From contig NC_087436.1 in the NCBI RefSeq assembly GCF_036321535.1, positions 92,630,001-92,694,000 of the forward strand: DNA of 64,000 nt. The letters are read 5' to 3'. The translations under genes were made by a program, and so were the position numbers. This DNA is from Camelus dromedarius. Its lineage: Eukaryota. Within the stretch, counting starts at the first letter, position 1. Every line of letters starts with the position of its first letter. This document shows, in pieces, positions 63,301-64,000 of the stretch. The notes beneath the pieces were generated by a model. The model saw only the letters and a list, made by a program, of their open reading frames with translations, had not been told where the DNA came from and ran no database searches.

Positions 63301-64000
63301 GTCAGCCTTTGGGTAGGAAAGAGACTGGAAAAATGATGGGCAGTGCACAGGCTTCCCTCAGGGAGGGCAGGAATTTTGTTCCTTATGATCCCCGCAGCCC
63401 CTGGAGCACTGCTTTGCACACAGATGGTGCTCAGTAAATGCCTGCTATCAGGTGTCGTGCCAGGCACTGCAAAGAAGGCTGACCCAGGCCTTTCCCCATG
63501 TTTCATGTTAGTCAGCAGGCAGACATTTAAAAAAACATTACACAGCAATCTAGGGGGGAAATGGTATTGTGACAGGATTCCCGGTGAAGACTAGACCTTA
63601 AAATTTTACGTTATTTTCAATGCTGGAAAAACATTCAAATGCTGACAGCAGGTTCTGTCTTATTGACTGGAGACTTGAATTGCCTGTGATAACGTGTGAG
63701 TTACAGTAGCACAAATGAGAAGATGGTCGACTGTCCTGGAAAAGATGGGGTCGGGGAGATGACGGGGAGAAGTCACCTGATGAGTCTCGAAGGATGAGCT
63801 GTGGTCAGAGGACAAGGAGGTAAGAACACATTTTCGACACAGGGAGGAGGGTGTGCAAAGCCACAGACTCGTGCAAGTGGGTGGTATGTTCAGGGAAGAA
63901 AAGGCATTTGCTCAGGAACATGGGGCTCAATGGGGAAGCAGCCAAAGACGGATTCGATTGAGCCGGGAGCCAGATCCTGGGGGACCTCGTGTGCTGAGAT

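Overview
Mammalian genomic DNA with no intact protein-coding gene that I can recognise; the window looks intergenic or deep-intronic. The young L1 3' ends and the lack of recognisable Alu/B1/Bov/PRE-1/CHR/CanSINE elements suggest a cetartiodactyl, possibly a camelid (inference). Most of the window is interspersed repeats: MLT1/MLT2, ERVL and ERV1-type solo LTRs, L1, L2, MIR, hAT/Tigger MITEs and a CR1/L3 relic. Repeat family names come from recall of consensus sequences, not from a search, and old-element boundaries are approximate. Highlights: (1) a full-length, TSD-flanked histone H4 retrocopy (6141-6597, minus) whose A-tail starts right after the stem-loop/ACCC 3' end; (2) a decayed Ty3/Gypsy internal region (about 30.7-33.3 kb, minus) with a readable RNase H domain, a probable gag zinc knuckle and a possible integrase zinc finger, apparently lacking protease/RT; (3) an exact triplication with filler DNA inside that relic; (4) an AATCA/DUX-motif cluster at 4.45-4.64 kb; (5) nested LTR and MITE insertions, a poly(A)-only insertion with TSD, and an L1 that is 5'-intact but lacks its 3' part.
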